48,040 bases of DNA from Nemertoderma westbladi (taxonomy: Eukaryota > Animalia > Xenacoelomorpha): NCBI GenBank assembly GCA_032718475.1, contig JAUCBJ010003570.1:1-48040 (forward strand), given 5' to 3'. Of the stretch, positions 34,715 to 46,640 are shown one piece after another. A program made the translations under genes and the position numbers. Under the pieces are notes generated by a model. That model did no database searches. It saw only the letters and a list, made by a program, of their open reading frames with translations, and had not been told where the DNA came from. Each line of letters starts with the position of its first letter. Position 1 is the first letter of the stretch.

Positions 34715-34812
34715 CTGGGAACAAATCTAGGGATAGGAGTAGCGCCCACCCCTACCCTCGGGTAGAAGCTATCGAAAGAGGAGCCTTCGGGTCGCCTCCG
34801 GCTTCGGCCGAC
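34715..34812 (+). other. Compact GC-rich multi-hairpin element (possible SINE domain or structured RNA)
   Basis: Consecutive stems TACC-CTCG-GGTA, TC-GAAA-GA, GCC-TTCG-GGT, CGGC-TTCG-GCCG. Confidence 0.5.
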
Positions 34813-34973
34813 TGTTTGCTTTGCTTTTATTTACTGTATATAAAGAGAACCTACCATCGGCATACAGTATAATACTAGCTGATTCAGTACGTTAAACTAT
34901 ATACTATCATTTTCGAGGGGATTTATTTTGTTAGGCTGATATACCGGTATCGGTATATAAAAGTAAATGCGGA

Positions 34974-35205
34974 CTTTTCTAACCAAAACAATTAACGAAA
35001 GTGGTATCAATTGAGGGAAAGGAACAGGTTACAGAAACAGGCTTTTCTAACCAAAACATTAAACGATATTGTCACCAATTGAGTGAAAGGAACAGGTTAC
35101 AGAAACAGGCTTTTCTAACCAAAACATTAAACGATATTGTTACCAATTGAGGGAAAGGAACAGGTTACAGAAACAGGCTTTTCTAACCAAAACAATAAAC
35201 GATAT
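34974..35205. repeat. 68-bp tandem repeat, ~3.4 copies
   Basis: CTTTTCTAACCAAAACA... at 34974, 35042, 35110 and 35178. Confidence 0.92.
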
Positions 35206-36651
35206 ATTTCTGTAGTACTATTGGTACTGTAGTCTGATACTGTATTATAATAGCGCCTACTGCTGTATTGCAATACTGTACTGTATCAAGCACTCAAGAC
35301 GTGAAGACTGTCAATACACCCTACTTTTGCAGACTGAAATAAGTAAACGCAGTCGACTGACATCAAATCGAGTGAAAAGAAAGGGGAAAATGGGGGGGGG
35401 GGGGGGGGGGGGGACTGCAAACACCGGACAATATCTGCTAGCGGATTTTTTCCGGGGGCATAATCTTCAGAGGGCAAAATATGCTGTGACACCTCTACCG
35501 CAGCAATATACTGCTAATAGTGTCGATAGGCCAACTTATTTAGATAGAACTTATTACGCAGATAGGCTTAACCCCCAACTGGAGCATATGCATAGTAACA
35601 TAGCACCCGGACGGGAAGATAATAATTATAATAATATGAAGCATTACGAACAAAATCCAATTAACTCTACTGCGTATAACGTAGACGAATGTAATACAGG
35701 GGAATATATTTATTACAGATAATCAAAATAATCAATCCCACCCACACATAACAATGGGCGTACAGCAACAACAACGTGACCGACCAATACATGTATAATC
35801 ATCAGGTACTGGGTTGGGAGAGAGCCACACAGTTAGGAACGCCACGACGAGTGGATAAACTGAATACCGAAAACGGCCAACGTTATACGTGACGGACAAC
35901 ACGCGCATCCAGACTGTGGAGGTACCGTACCGGTAACAACTGTAGTACCGAACTGGTTGCATAGCAACAGCTATCAACAAGAATTATCACCCATATCGTA
36001 ACCGGGTAGACGACCAAAACAACAAACAAGGACAGAAGCTCAAACAACATAACAAAGGAATGAACCATCAACAGATACGGCACAACGGAACGAAGCTCAA
36101 CTCGATGCATATATTATTCGATGCCCTCCAGCGACCTGCGAATTGGGCTCCCTCCAATGATTCTCCTGTGAATACTCCCAAGTCTTCACCAAAGTCTAGA
36201 TCAGTAAGGTGCTTCGATTGATTTCCACAATCCAAGACACTTTTCTAATTGCCCTTTGTCTTATCTCCACAGCCACAAAACTACGTCAAAAACACATTTC
36301 GATATCACAGATTTTCCTTATATTCATTGGTTATTTTAATTGCAATGAAATCGGGTTATTAATCTTAACATTGTATGAAATTTAGTGTGACATCCTATAT
36401 ATATATATATAAGTTCGTTAAATAAGTTTGTTTGTCAGATGAATATTATTTTTATCACACATTCTTTTAAAATGTTTTGAATATAAATACAATGAATAGA
36501 TAACACTGGCAGACAAAACAAGGATTTCCTGGCGAGTTGAATTAAGTTGAACTTTGTTATTAAAATACATTGAATAAGTGAGTAATAATCATAATTTATA
36601 GACTTTTTGAGAATAAGTAAAATATTTCTGAATACAACCATTGCGAATGCC

Positions 36652-38499
36652 ATGGGGTTATGTATTAAATTATGCTTGTTGAACATGTTCTTTATTTTCT
36701 CAAGATCAATTGAAATAGTTCCTCCTCTCGGTAGAGTTTGCTTCCGTACAGGAGATAAACTAGTTATATTTTGTCAGGAAGATACATTCGGACATACACA
36801 TGCGAGTGATACTCCCTTTGGATTACATTTAGTTCTACCTCATGACGAGGGAGATGTGATTTTATTGCGTTCCAGAAATCATGAGCCCCATCAAATACAT
36901 CCCAGAGGCGAAATCCAGGTTAATGAAACTTCTCATAGAATTACTTTCACTATCAATAAGTTGCTTCCTGTTGAGGTTTCTACAGAAAATATATTCAAAT
37001 GTGTCTGGAAGGATGACAATTACACGATCTCTCAAGCTTCTCTTCCTGCTGTTTGTTCTGTCGACAAGGATCTTGAATGCGGTTGCAATGGTCAGTTTGT
37101 ATCTCATTGTCATGTTGTCTACGATCCCAACTCCAAGGAATTTCTACCAAAAAATAAGAGCCAAAATATCTACATTGAGTGCCGAGCGAAAAGTGACAAG
37201 AATATTGTTAAATTGATGAAAAACAACCTTCTTTTATCCACCAATGTTACAAATAACAACGATTTTCTATCTGCGAGACACAATGTTGGCGATTTTGGAA
37301 TAAATTACAAGGAATATAATAATGAGATTTTCACTTGTGTTGATGATGAGGACGTATCATGTAATGTGAAAATGGTGGTGGAATACTCTGCCTTTAATCT
37401 TTCATTTGTTGATGACAATGGCAACATTATTAAAAGTCCAATGAACATAAAAAATCTTGAAACAATTTCTTTGACAGCTAAATTCGATGAAGGTTATCCG
37501 TATAATAATATTAGTTGGTACAAGGAACTCCGGGGTAATATATCCCCGATTTTGACCGATAAATTTTACATTGACGTTAGTCCGTCAGGTATGGATGATA
37601 ATGTAACGAGTTGGAGTTACTGGTTTGAAGTGGCTTCGACAACATTGGAAATAGATTCATCAAAAAGTCCAGTACTGTTGGTAGTTTTTGACAATGAGGA
37701 TACAGTTTCTGACGTTGGAACGAGTACTGTTGGTGATTCAAAGAATATCGTATCTTCCCAGAGTAAACTTTTCAGTCCAGACACCACATCCATGCCGGTC
37801 ATAAATGGTGAATCTAGTCGAATATCAAGTATGCCATCTGACGTACCAACTGCATCAAATCCTAGTACATTGCTGCCAACATCAACAGCAGAATCAACTA
37901 AATTGATATCTACTTCTTTAGAAATGAGCTCAATAGATATAGATAGCCTGGAGTCAACTACAGATAGTGTACTGGGTGATACAAGTAGTATTCAAGAAAT
38001 ACAAGAAATTAATTCTGATACAAACATATATATTTATTTGGGTTTTCTACTACCAGTTATTGTTATACTTATTTGCCTTATTATGCTAATAGTATTTTAC
38101 ACACGGATGTCTATGTCACGTAATCGACAAGGCAGTTATGAGTTACATGGACCCGGACCCGCACCCAGACCTGGACCCGGACCCGCACCCGGACCCGGAA
38201 CCGGACCCGGACCCGGACCCGGACCTGGACCCGGACCCGGAACCGGACCCGGACCCGGACCCGGACCCGGACCCGGACCCGGACCCGGACCCGGACCCGG
38301 ACCCGGAGCCGGACCCGGACCCGGACCTGGACCCGGACCCGGACCCGGACCCGGACCTGGACCCGGACCTGGACCCGGATCCGGACCCGGATCCGGATCC
38401 GGATCCGGACCCGGACCCGGACCCGGAAAATCTCCTATTGCACCAATAGCAGAATTTACAAGTGAAAATTGTGATATTGATATAAAAAAGATCTACTGA
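36652..38499 (+). CDS. Type-I membrane protein with ~3 Ig-like domains, S/T stalk and (GP)n cytoplasmic tail (615 aa), apparently intronless
   Basis: Signal-like MGLCIKLCLLNMFFIFSRS; Ig-like strand motifs GDKLVIFC/ITFTINKL/NIFKC, IYIEC/EIFTC/VVEY, GYP..NISWYK; TM IYIYLGFLLPVIVILICLIMLIVFY. Confidence 0.8.
   Translation: MGLCIKLCLLNMFFIFSRSIEIVPPLGRVCFRTGDKLVIFCQEDTFGHTHASDTPFGLHLVLPHDEGDVILLRSRNHEPHQIHPRGEIQVNETSHRITFTINKLLPVEVSTENIFKCVWKDDNYTISQASLPAVCSVDKDLECGCNGQFVSHCHVVYDPNSKEFLPKNKSQNIYIECRAKSDKNIVKLMKNNLLLSTNVTNNNDFLSARHNVGDFGINYKEYNNEIFTCVDDEDVSCNVKMVVEYSAFNLSFVDDNGNIIKSPMNIKNLETISLTAKFDEGYPYNNISWYKELRGNISPILTDKFYIDVSPSGMDDNVTSWSYWFEVASTTLEIDSSKSPVLLVVFDNEDTVSDVGTSTVGDSKNIVSSQSKLFSPDTTSMPVINGESSRISSMPSDVPTASNPSTLLPTSTAESTKLISTSLEMSSIDIDSLESTTDSVLGDTSSIQEIQEINSDTNIYIYLGFLLPVIVILICLIMLIVFYTRMSMSRNRQGSYELHGPGPAPRPGPGPAPGPGTGPGPGPGPGPGPGTGPGPGPGPGPGPGPGPGPGPGAGPGPGPGPGPGPGPGPGPGPGPGSGPGSGSGSGPGPGPGKSPIAPIAEFTSENCDIDIKKIY
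38149..38427 (+). repeat. Coding (GGACCC)n hexanucleotide repeat
   Basis: About 46 units in frame, encoding GPGPGP... Confidence 0.95.
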
Positions 38500-39570
38500 G
38501 AATGTACAATTTGTAATCTACACTTCAGTGCTTCAATAATGTACTTAATTTTGTTCCATGTCAACAATTATAAATGTTTTGTTTCATGTTAACAATTATA
38601 AATATTTTGTTTCATGTTAACAATTATTATGAATCAATATTATAATTCTTTGCTAGTAATATTATATTGATGAAATTAAATTTGATAAAAAATATAATAC
38701 ACATGTTTTCAAATCAAAATTAAATCGTTCACACAGCCTGTCCTCCCCATCATTGTAATGAATCCTGAATGATTCCAAGAGTTAGACGAACAAGCCTGAC
38801 TGGTCGTCTCTTATGCAGATCAGATGACATCCAAAAAATGGCGAAGTCAGCTGCATGCAGTATACATATCGCAGCTATCATCACTTGAATTCTACACACA
38901 TTCAGCCTAGATGTTAAGTCTGAAGTCTGACAAAACTTCATGGTTATTATTTCCATGTAATATTTACAGCGAGTGTTTCCTAATCATTAACAACACATTA
39001 GTACCAGCTCAACTGTCATTAACAATTCTTGGTCATAAGTTAAGTGTCAAGAATTCTAGCCTCACTCAGTGCATTAGAATGATCTCTTCAGAAAAGGATA
39101 CGTTTTAGAGAAATTGCTGGACTGTCTGGTAGCTGAAGGTAAGTACTCAACTCTACAACCTCTAGAATGCAATATCTGTGCCAATCCTAACCAACAGCAT
39201 TATATTCCTCATTGGGGCATTGTCAAAACGAGAAGTAGAAAAACTCGATATTTATTACCCACGGTGGGGCTGAACCAACTTTTTATAAAAGTAAAATGCC
39301 CGGCCAAACTGATTTCATTTTTGGGGCAATTCAACACCCTGATTGCAAAAATTACATTTTCAAAATCTTCGGCCGGCGTCTTTTTTTTAAATAGTACGAA
39401 TTAAATTAGTAATACTATTTATAATATTGAGATACATATTTAAAGAAATGCCCAGACCAAATTGTAGCATTTTTCGAGACTTTCAATCAACCTGATTTCG
39501 AATCAGTTAATTTTATAATATTTCGTCGGTGTCTTTTAGAGTAATTAAATATATTAATATTATATTAGCA

Positions 39571-40129
39571 GAACTGGCTAATATACTCCATTGCAGTGAA
39601 TATCAACTTCTTTCTTACTCCTATTGCACTGATATTAGTATCATTCGAACCGCAATGGTTGATTTAGTGTCTGTAGAAACCATAAAAACAATGGTCGAGT
39701 TATTGCTTACGAAATATCGGTCAAAATTTTAGCGCTGACTCACAAAACTTCAGCAATTTAATATCAATATATCAGTAAAAAGATAAATGTCGTTAATACT
39801 ACTGTAGTCTACAACTATAGTAAAACAAGGAGCCTACAACTACTTATTCGACCATTGCGGTTCAAAGACGCATATTCACTAGTCTGTTATGCACGTGGAA
39901 GTATGATATTTAGTGATTATATGGTGATATATGATATATTGCATTAACAGTAAGGTAAGTTAAGTCAGCACTCAAATTTTGACCGATATCTCGAGAAGTA
40001 ATAACTCTACCGTTGTTTTAATGATGTCCTCAACCACTAAATCGACCATTGCGGTTCGAATGATACTAATATCAGTGCAATAGGAGTAAGATAAATTGAT
40101 ATTCACTACAATAGAGTATTAGGCAGTTC
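39571..40129. mobile_element. Foldback/MITE-like element with ~170-bp inverted arms
   Basis: 39571-~39745 is the reverse complement of ~39962-40129 (e.g. CTCCTATTGCACTGATATTAGTATCATTCGAACCGCAATGG). Confidence 0.8.
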
Positions 40130-40576
40130 CATGTACCGTAAAATATTACGAGGCCTGCTCTACCTAGGCACATATGCTAGTAACTACATTATAATGGACC
40201 AATATCCACACTATCATACACGGACGTGCTGGGAACGTGTGAGGGTCTTTACCGTCCCAACACAATCCAACAACCCTTCCTTAGGCTCTCACTTGTTATT
40301 AACACACACGGCAATTATTACCTGCAAGTTTTCCGGCAATCATCACCATGCTGCAAGTCTCAGTGCTGCATACCGACGATGTTCCAACAGTATAACAAGG
40401 GTCGCAGTATATATTTTAACCTAAGCCTTTCTGTTTCAGTATTGTTTGTTATATTTGATACTCAGATTATGCATATATACTCTATTTTCCGATATCTGAT
40501 GCCGATGTAAATTTTATTGACGTTCTTATTTTACATGTTATATTCTTTTAAAGATAATATAGTGTCGGCTTGACAG

Positions 40577-41070
40577 TTAATAAATAATAATAGGGTAATT
40601 GAGCTCCAAACACACAGGAATTTTAAAGACCTCAGGGGGCACACCATCTACTCCACTGGCACGATTGGTCTTAATACTCCTAGCTGCAGTCTTGATTTCA
40701 CCAAAGGAGATGTCACCAATGGGGATATCTGTGAGCACAGACTCAGATACATGATGTACCTCAAAGTTATTAGGCAATACCCTGTCATTATTTAGAAGCT
40801 TCTCGCAGTTGTCCTTCCAACTTTTGATGCGCTCAGCTGGAGATTCAGCCTGAACATTGGTGGTTGGTTGGCTATTCCTCCCAGTGAGCAGGATTATTGA
40901 ATGCCATGCCTGGGCTGTGCCTGCATCATCAGCATTGTTAACGACATCAACCAGTTTATTTATATGCTCCTTCACATTATCAGAGTACTGCCTGTTAAGG
41001 GACCTAGATGCAGCCTTAACTGCAGCATCCTTGGCTGTCAGTGTGTCCATGTCCAAGCCGGCGGGACTCA
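40577..41070 (-). mobile_element. Internal fragment of the RTE-like LINE family
   Basis: VSESVLTDIPIGDISFGEIK..RASGVDGVPPEVFKIP matches the copy at 14243. Confidence 0.85.
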
Positions 41071-42100
41071 TTTTGTTCTTTATTCTTTATAATCCATTCC
41101 ATTCCTTTACTTCCTTTTTATATTCTTTTCTCCAATATTAACAGTGGAAACAGGCCTTCTGAATAAAACCCAGTTCTTCTTTTCACATTCGCTATTTCTG
41201 AAATAGTTTATTTTCCCACTCGCCAACCACAAACACAATATTTATAAAAAAATGTTTAGCTTACCTACATTCTCATCTATTCAACGCTTGCTTTAAAACT
41301 TCTTGCGGATAACGAACACATTATCATTGAAATATCCAAACATATCCAAATCAAATAAATTTTATCGATTAATGAAATTATCCTTGGTTAGATTTCAACG
41401 TATTCAGGGCAGACCTCGTCTCGTCGCAATTTCAGTTCCAAGGATAATTATATAACTGTCCCCAGTCTACAGGGAAGAAAACATGAGAGAAAATGGGAAA
41501 GTAGCAGGTTGTAACACCGTTGTATTTTTGCGAGTATTCCGCAGTTATTTACGACGATTTTCTCCTTGAAACCTGTTTGTCCAGGATATGAACCAAGGGT
41601 GTAACGCCACCCCTCCCCCATCGCTACTAGTTATTCATTTTCTAAGAATCCCATTGATGATGAAGAATTAAGTATTGTTTAGACTCCTCCTGTTGTCGTA
41701 TGTGTATCAATTATCTGTGAAGTGGAATAAATAAACCTAAATATGGCTGTGAAGGAAATGGTGTCAGTAGTAGTGGCAAAGGCGTATGGAGTTCATGTGT
41801 TTGATTGATGGTTAATTCCGATAAAATGTGATAAGAAAGACTAAACAATATTTGTATGCCAAAATGGTAGTGATAACCTAAATATTAATTCAAATATATT
41901 ATATATTTTGCAGTATGTTATATTTATAGTCATATTTATAAAAATATAAACCGATATGGTTAACTGTTTACACCCTTTCATATACAATTCCCAATTTAAT
42001 TAACAAATTGTCTGTTGCACTCACGGTATTAATTATTTTTCTTATCCAATAATTTTAACTTTAGAGAGCATCTTAAAATTTATCGTCAGGAATCAAAATC

Positions 42101-43576
42101 ATGTATATAAATATCTTATGTATGTTGATCATGATCAGGCTTTTTAGTGCGAACTCAAATATAGAAATAGTTCCTCCCAGCAGTAGAGTTTGCTTCCGTA
42201 CAGGAGATAAACTAGTTATATTTTGTCAGGAAGATACATTCGGACATACACATGCGAGTGATACTCCCTTTGGATTGCATTTAGTTCTACCTCATGACGA
42301 GGGAGATGTTATTTTATTGCGTTCCAGAAATCATGAGCCCCATCAATTACATCCCAGAGGCGAAATCCAGGTTAATGAAACTTCTCATAGAATTACTTTC
42401 ACTATCAATAAGTTGCTTCCTGTTGAGGTTTCTACAGAAAATATATTCAAATGTGTCTGGAAGGATGACAATTACACGATCTCTCAAGCGTCTCTTCCTG
42501 CTGTTTGTTCTGTCGACAAGGATCTTGAATGCGGTTGCAATGGTCAGTTTGTATCTCATTGTCATGTTGTCTACGATCCCAACTCCAAGGAATTGTTACC
42601 TGGAAACAGAATTCTCAACCTCGATTGCCGTTCGAATAGCATCAATAGTATCATTAAATGGGTACAAAGCAATTATTCTTTAACAAGAAATTATTCAATA
42701 TATAATAATAATAATAATTCGGTTAGATACACTGTGGATGACTTTCATAAGAACTACGAAAATTACGATAATAAAGTGTTTACTTGTGTCGGTGGAATCG
42801 AATCATGTGAAGTAATTATTATAGTGGAATATTCGCCCTTCAATCGCGATAATAATGTCTTAAACGATAACATCACTCAGCATAAAGGAATTAAATATGA
42901 TATATTAGAAGATAATAATACTTTCGTTACTGACCCAATTGCGGTGGTCAATCGGACTCATTCACCATCTGACACTATCCCTACAGTGCCATCCATTACT
43001 TCTAATACTACAACTATAAATTGGATTGCATTATTGTTAGTAATAATGATAGTTGTGATAATTATAACTTCTGTTATTATAGCAATATTAATTTACAGAT
43101 GGAAACATGGGTCTGGGAACCAATTAAATATCCCAAGTAGTGCTATTGGTGACACTGGTGATCCCTATGAGAATTACTTTGTTCATTATGATGAGTTTGA
43201 TACTGACCTATCCCTTTTATCAAATGCTGCTTCAAATAAATCCAATGAAGCTTTATTTATGTCAGAGTTTGGCAGTAATTCTAGTAACACCAAAGTTATC
43301 ATCAATGAATTGCACTCAAAATGTTCGTTGTCAGATAAAAATCACCTGAACAAGGATCTTCTTTATAGCAGGGTAAACAAAAGAAAGAAGACGAGGTCAT
43401 TCCAGGATGATATCGAGCCTATTGTGGAACAATCTACACATAGCATTGATGTTGATTATGATGTCTGTAAACCAGTTATAGTAGCGTACAATCCTGGCCC
43501 AGGGTCTTCGAGTGACGAAGATGATAACATTGTAGTACACGAGTCCAAATATTATGTCATAGAAACGGAAGTTTGA
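42101..43576 (+). CDS. Type-I membrane protein with ~2 Ig-like domains and a Tyr-motif cytoplasmic tail (491 aa), apparently intronless
   Basis: Signal-like MYINILCMLIMIRLFSANS; same N-terminal domain as the 36652 gene; TM WIALLLVIMIVVIIITSVIIAILIY; tail motifs DPYENY, LLYSRV, VDYDV, SKYYVI. Confidence 0.82.
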   Translation: MYINILCMLIMIRLFSANSNIEIVPPSSRVCFRTGDKLVIFCQEDTFGHTHASDTPFGLHLVLPHDEGDVILLRSRNHEPHQLHPRGEIQVNETSHRITFTINKLLPVEVSTENIFKCVWKDDNYTISQASLPAVCSVDKDLECGCNGQFVSHCHVVYDPNSKELLPGNRILNLDCRSNSINSIIKWVQSNYSLTRNYSIYNNNNNSVRYTVDDFHKNYENYDNKVFTCVGGIESCEVIIIVEYSPFNRDNNVLNDNITQHKGIKYDILEDNNTFVTDPIAVVNRTHSPSDTIPTVPSITSNTTTINWIALLLVIMIVVIIITSVIIAILIYRWKHGSGNQLNIPSSAIGDTGDPYENYFVHYDEFDTDLSLLSNAASNKSNEALFMSEFGSNSSNTKVIINELHSKCSLSDKNHLNKDLLYSRVNKRKKTRSFQDDIEPIVEQSTHSIDVDYDVCKPVIVAYNPGPGSSSDEDDNIVVHESKYYVIETEV

Positions 43577-45259
43577 TTAGCGTGTTCTTTGTTTTATACA
43601 TCTATCGGTATTCCCCCAAGGATGCTTATGATACTCAGAATCTAAACTCTGTGAATAATGGCGTGATCGCGATCTGACATACATTATACAAATTTACAAT
43701 TTATCTGCCTCATCAAGTGAGACTCTGCCTTTTTTTATTAAATCTTCAATGAATATCAAATTTGACTTTTTCTAATTATAAATTTTAGAATTATCGCCCC
43801 TTTATTAATTATTGTATCACTTATAATGTTTTGTTATCCTCAAACGATGCAACTTGTCACTTTGTTTCAGCACAATGGCACAGGTCTCGAAAATGAGAAA
43901 CATTGTTACAACAATTTGTGTTATCCACGTTATTAATTTTAATGTTGCTAAACTTATCGTCCAAAGTTGCTCTTGGGAGCGCACTTGTAGAATGTTTCTG
44001 AAAGAAGTTGAAGCAATATAAGTTGCATCGCGTGAGCCACTCAATTTTGTAATTTATTAGTGTTTTTATTCAGTTATATATATTTAATTAGGTAAAATGT
44101 TTACAGCTTTTGATTCTATAATAGAATGAACTGTACAATATATTCATAATTTAAGTTTAGATATTTTTCTTCTTATATTAAAAACCTATCGGTATTTTTC
44201 AGGTTGGATTGTTGTGTGCAAACGCTGATACCGAGAATGATGACTTGTATTAATACTGTTTTATCACAACGCCGTCTATAAATAGTAAAAATAGTAAAAG
44301 TTTGTTGTGTTGCTAAACACAAAATATTGCGGACGACATTCTATTAATTCCTTGAGGGTGATCCTCGGCCATTATTGGTTGACTGAAGACGATACGCCTT
44401 ATAATCCCTCGTCCACCAGTTAACCCAACCAACTAGCGGTACTGCCTGTTTCCTCTGTCGAAAAACCAGATGAAGTAAGGTTTGCGGAGCATTGGTTATT
44501 GTCGTGGAGTTATTAACACGAAGCTTGAAGTAGAACCATTCTTTGCAACCATTGAGTTTTTAGAAAATAAAATATGAACTGGACTCATTCCAAAGCCACC
44601 CACGCACAATGTCCAACATCCACGCATCGTCAGTGAGTTTAAAGATCACAAATGGTGCAAATTACATAAATTTCCATGCAGTACTGACTACTCATCAAGC
44701 CACTAAGCCACACAAAACTGGATCTAAAAGCTACGCAGACAGCAGACTACGACAAATAGTTAATCGTAACGCGATTCTCATATATTGTTTTGGCCCTGTA
44801 ACTGTACTGTAACCTCTTCCTTTCCCTCACTTGATAATTATGATTTGTCTGCTTTGGTTGTCGGTAGTTGGCGTTGCGTTTACACTCCAACAAACTTACT
44901 ATACTATCTATAATACAGTTGCCTGTCGCATTCGCCCAAATACGTCAGGTATATAACTGGAACGTGTGCAATGTACATAGTGACAGGAAGATGCAATCGC
45001 TCAAGTTATCATGAGTAGGAATGTTTGGGATGGGATGGGGGTGGCGTGGTTAGTGTCCCAGAGAGGATATCATAGTGTTGGGCGAGCCACGAAAGTAAGC
45101 GAGCTTAGCATACGGGTACCACTATCTCAACCTGTGTGTCTGTTAATCTGTAGATCCGTATATTTAAATGTTAATAACTCAATCGATGAAACATACTTTG
45201 TACATGCTGCTTGGCAAAAGTTTGGAAGTTTTCACAATGATTACAAATAATAATATTTT

Positions 45260-45900
45260 ATACTACTACTACTACGATCGGCATGCTGCATTGATTGCAG
45301 CTACATTATATATATATTACATACATATTAACAATGCTGTGCCGGCTTGTCGACAAAATTGTGCCACCACAACTCCTTATCACCCATGACATTTGCTAGA
45401 TCATCCGCATCTTCAAGGCCAGTGTCCTTTAAGATGCGTCTCAAGAAAGTCATGGGCTGTCAACCATGCTTATTCACTCCACGAGTTCGCCAAAGAACAA
45501 GATTATGCACTGGCTGGTCCTCACGGCGAAAGCAATGTCCTGCAAAGCGGAGGCGATTTTGTTCTAGTGTCAAGCTTGGGGGAACCAATGAGACACCTCC
45601 AATGTTATATAGTTCTGGTTGGAGATGTGTGCATTGTACTTGACACAATGAACCCGGCGTAGCATTCTTGTGAATGTGCCATCCAGAGATTTGGTGTCCT
45701 CACCAGTTAGAGCCCAGCATGGACTCCCGTAGAGGAGTACTGGAACTACTGCTGCTCTAAATAATCGGACCTTAAGTTTCCGATTAATTCTAGGTGACTT
45801 CCAAATCCTGGAAAGCCTATTCAAGGCTGCCCATGCCTTTCCCTTACGTATTCGAAGGTCCTCACCTGACTTCCGGATCCATGATCCCAGGTAACAGAAG
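45260..45900 (-). mobile_element. 3' part of an RTE-like LINE copy, interrupted by LTR element C
   Basis: High identity to 19850-20460; (GTA)n tail at ~45261-45275; breaks at FCYLG where the LTR begins. Confidence 0.9.
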
Positions 45901-45901
45901 G

Positions 45902-46024
45902 TGTAAGCGGATTCAATTCCGCCTCATTACCGACCAGAAAATGGGATAGTGGCATTTTCAGCAATATGTTGGAGATACGAGAGTAGCAATATTAATCTCG
46001 TATCACAACCAACATTTGGGGGGT

Positions 46025-46079
<55 letters not shown>

Positions 46080-46640
46080 GGGTGGGGGGGGGGGGCAACA
46101 CAAGCCCCGAAGCCACGCACAAAGGAAGGTTAGAGGTCATACCACCTCGGAGGGGACACAGCTAGTAGAGGCTAGCAGCAGAGGGGACAACACTCCCAGA
46201 GAGTGCCAGGGTGACAAATAGGATATTAGCCAATAAGGAGGAGGGAAGCACGTGATAGGGCACAGAAGAGCATCCATTAGTAACAGGCCAAAGTAGCGTA
46301 GGAGGTGAAGCAATATTGGTATATCAATCATATATTACCTTTATATATATTACCCGGTTTGTGATTCAGTTAGTTAGTTACCCAGTTTTAGTGCAGACCA
46401 GTAACATTGTTTCCACCGTCATCGTATATCGGCTGTCATCATACATTACCATTACCGGTATCAGACATATACAATCTTTATTGTGCTACTATTATTATAT
46501 ATATATTACAACACAAGGAATAACATCAAAACTCTGAACTATTTTCTCCAATGGCCTCGGCCAAGCAATCAACACCATCCCAGCCAACGGTGACGCGTAT
46601 AAAATAAACCTACCCGGTCGGGATCACTGATCCCGTCACA
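45902..46640 (+). repeat. 5' LTR of element C (739 bp)
   Basis: TGTAAGCGGATTCAATTCCGC...GGGATCACTGATCCCGTCACA; ends conserved with the A LTR, interior diverged; long G tract. Confidence 0.82.

Noticed and set aside
36607-36651. ORF-track start for the first receptor
   Set aside because: It is a TTG start; ATG 36652 gives a signal peptide that aligns with the paralogue. A splice acceptor near 36703 remains an alternative.
38138-38449. (DP)n protein ORF
   Set aside because: Alternate frame of the hexamer repeat inside the receptor CDS.
44340-44640. Possible DIRS-type RT start (TDDAWMLDIVRG, minus strand)
   Set aside because: Only one short motif followed by stops; not enough support.
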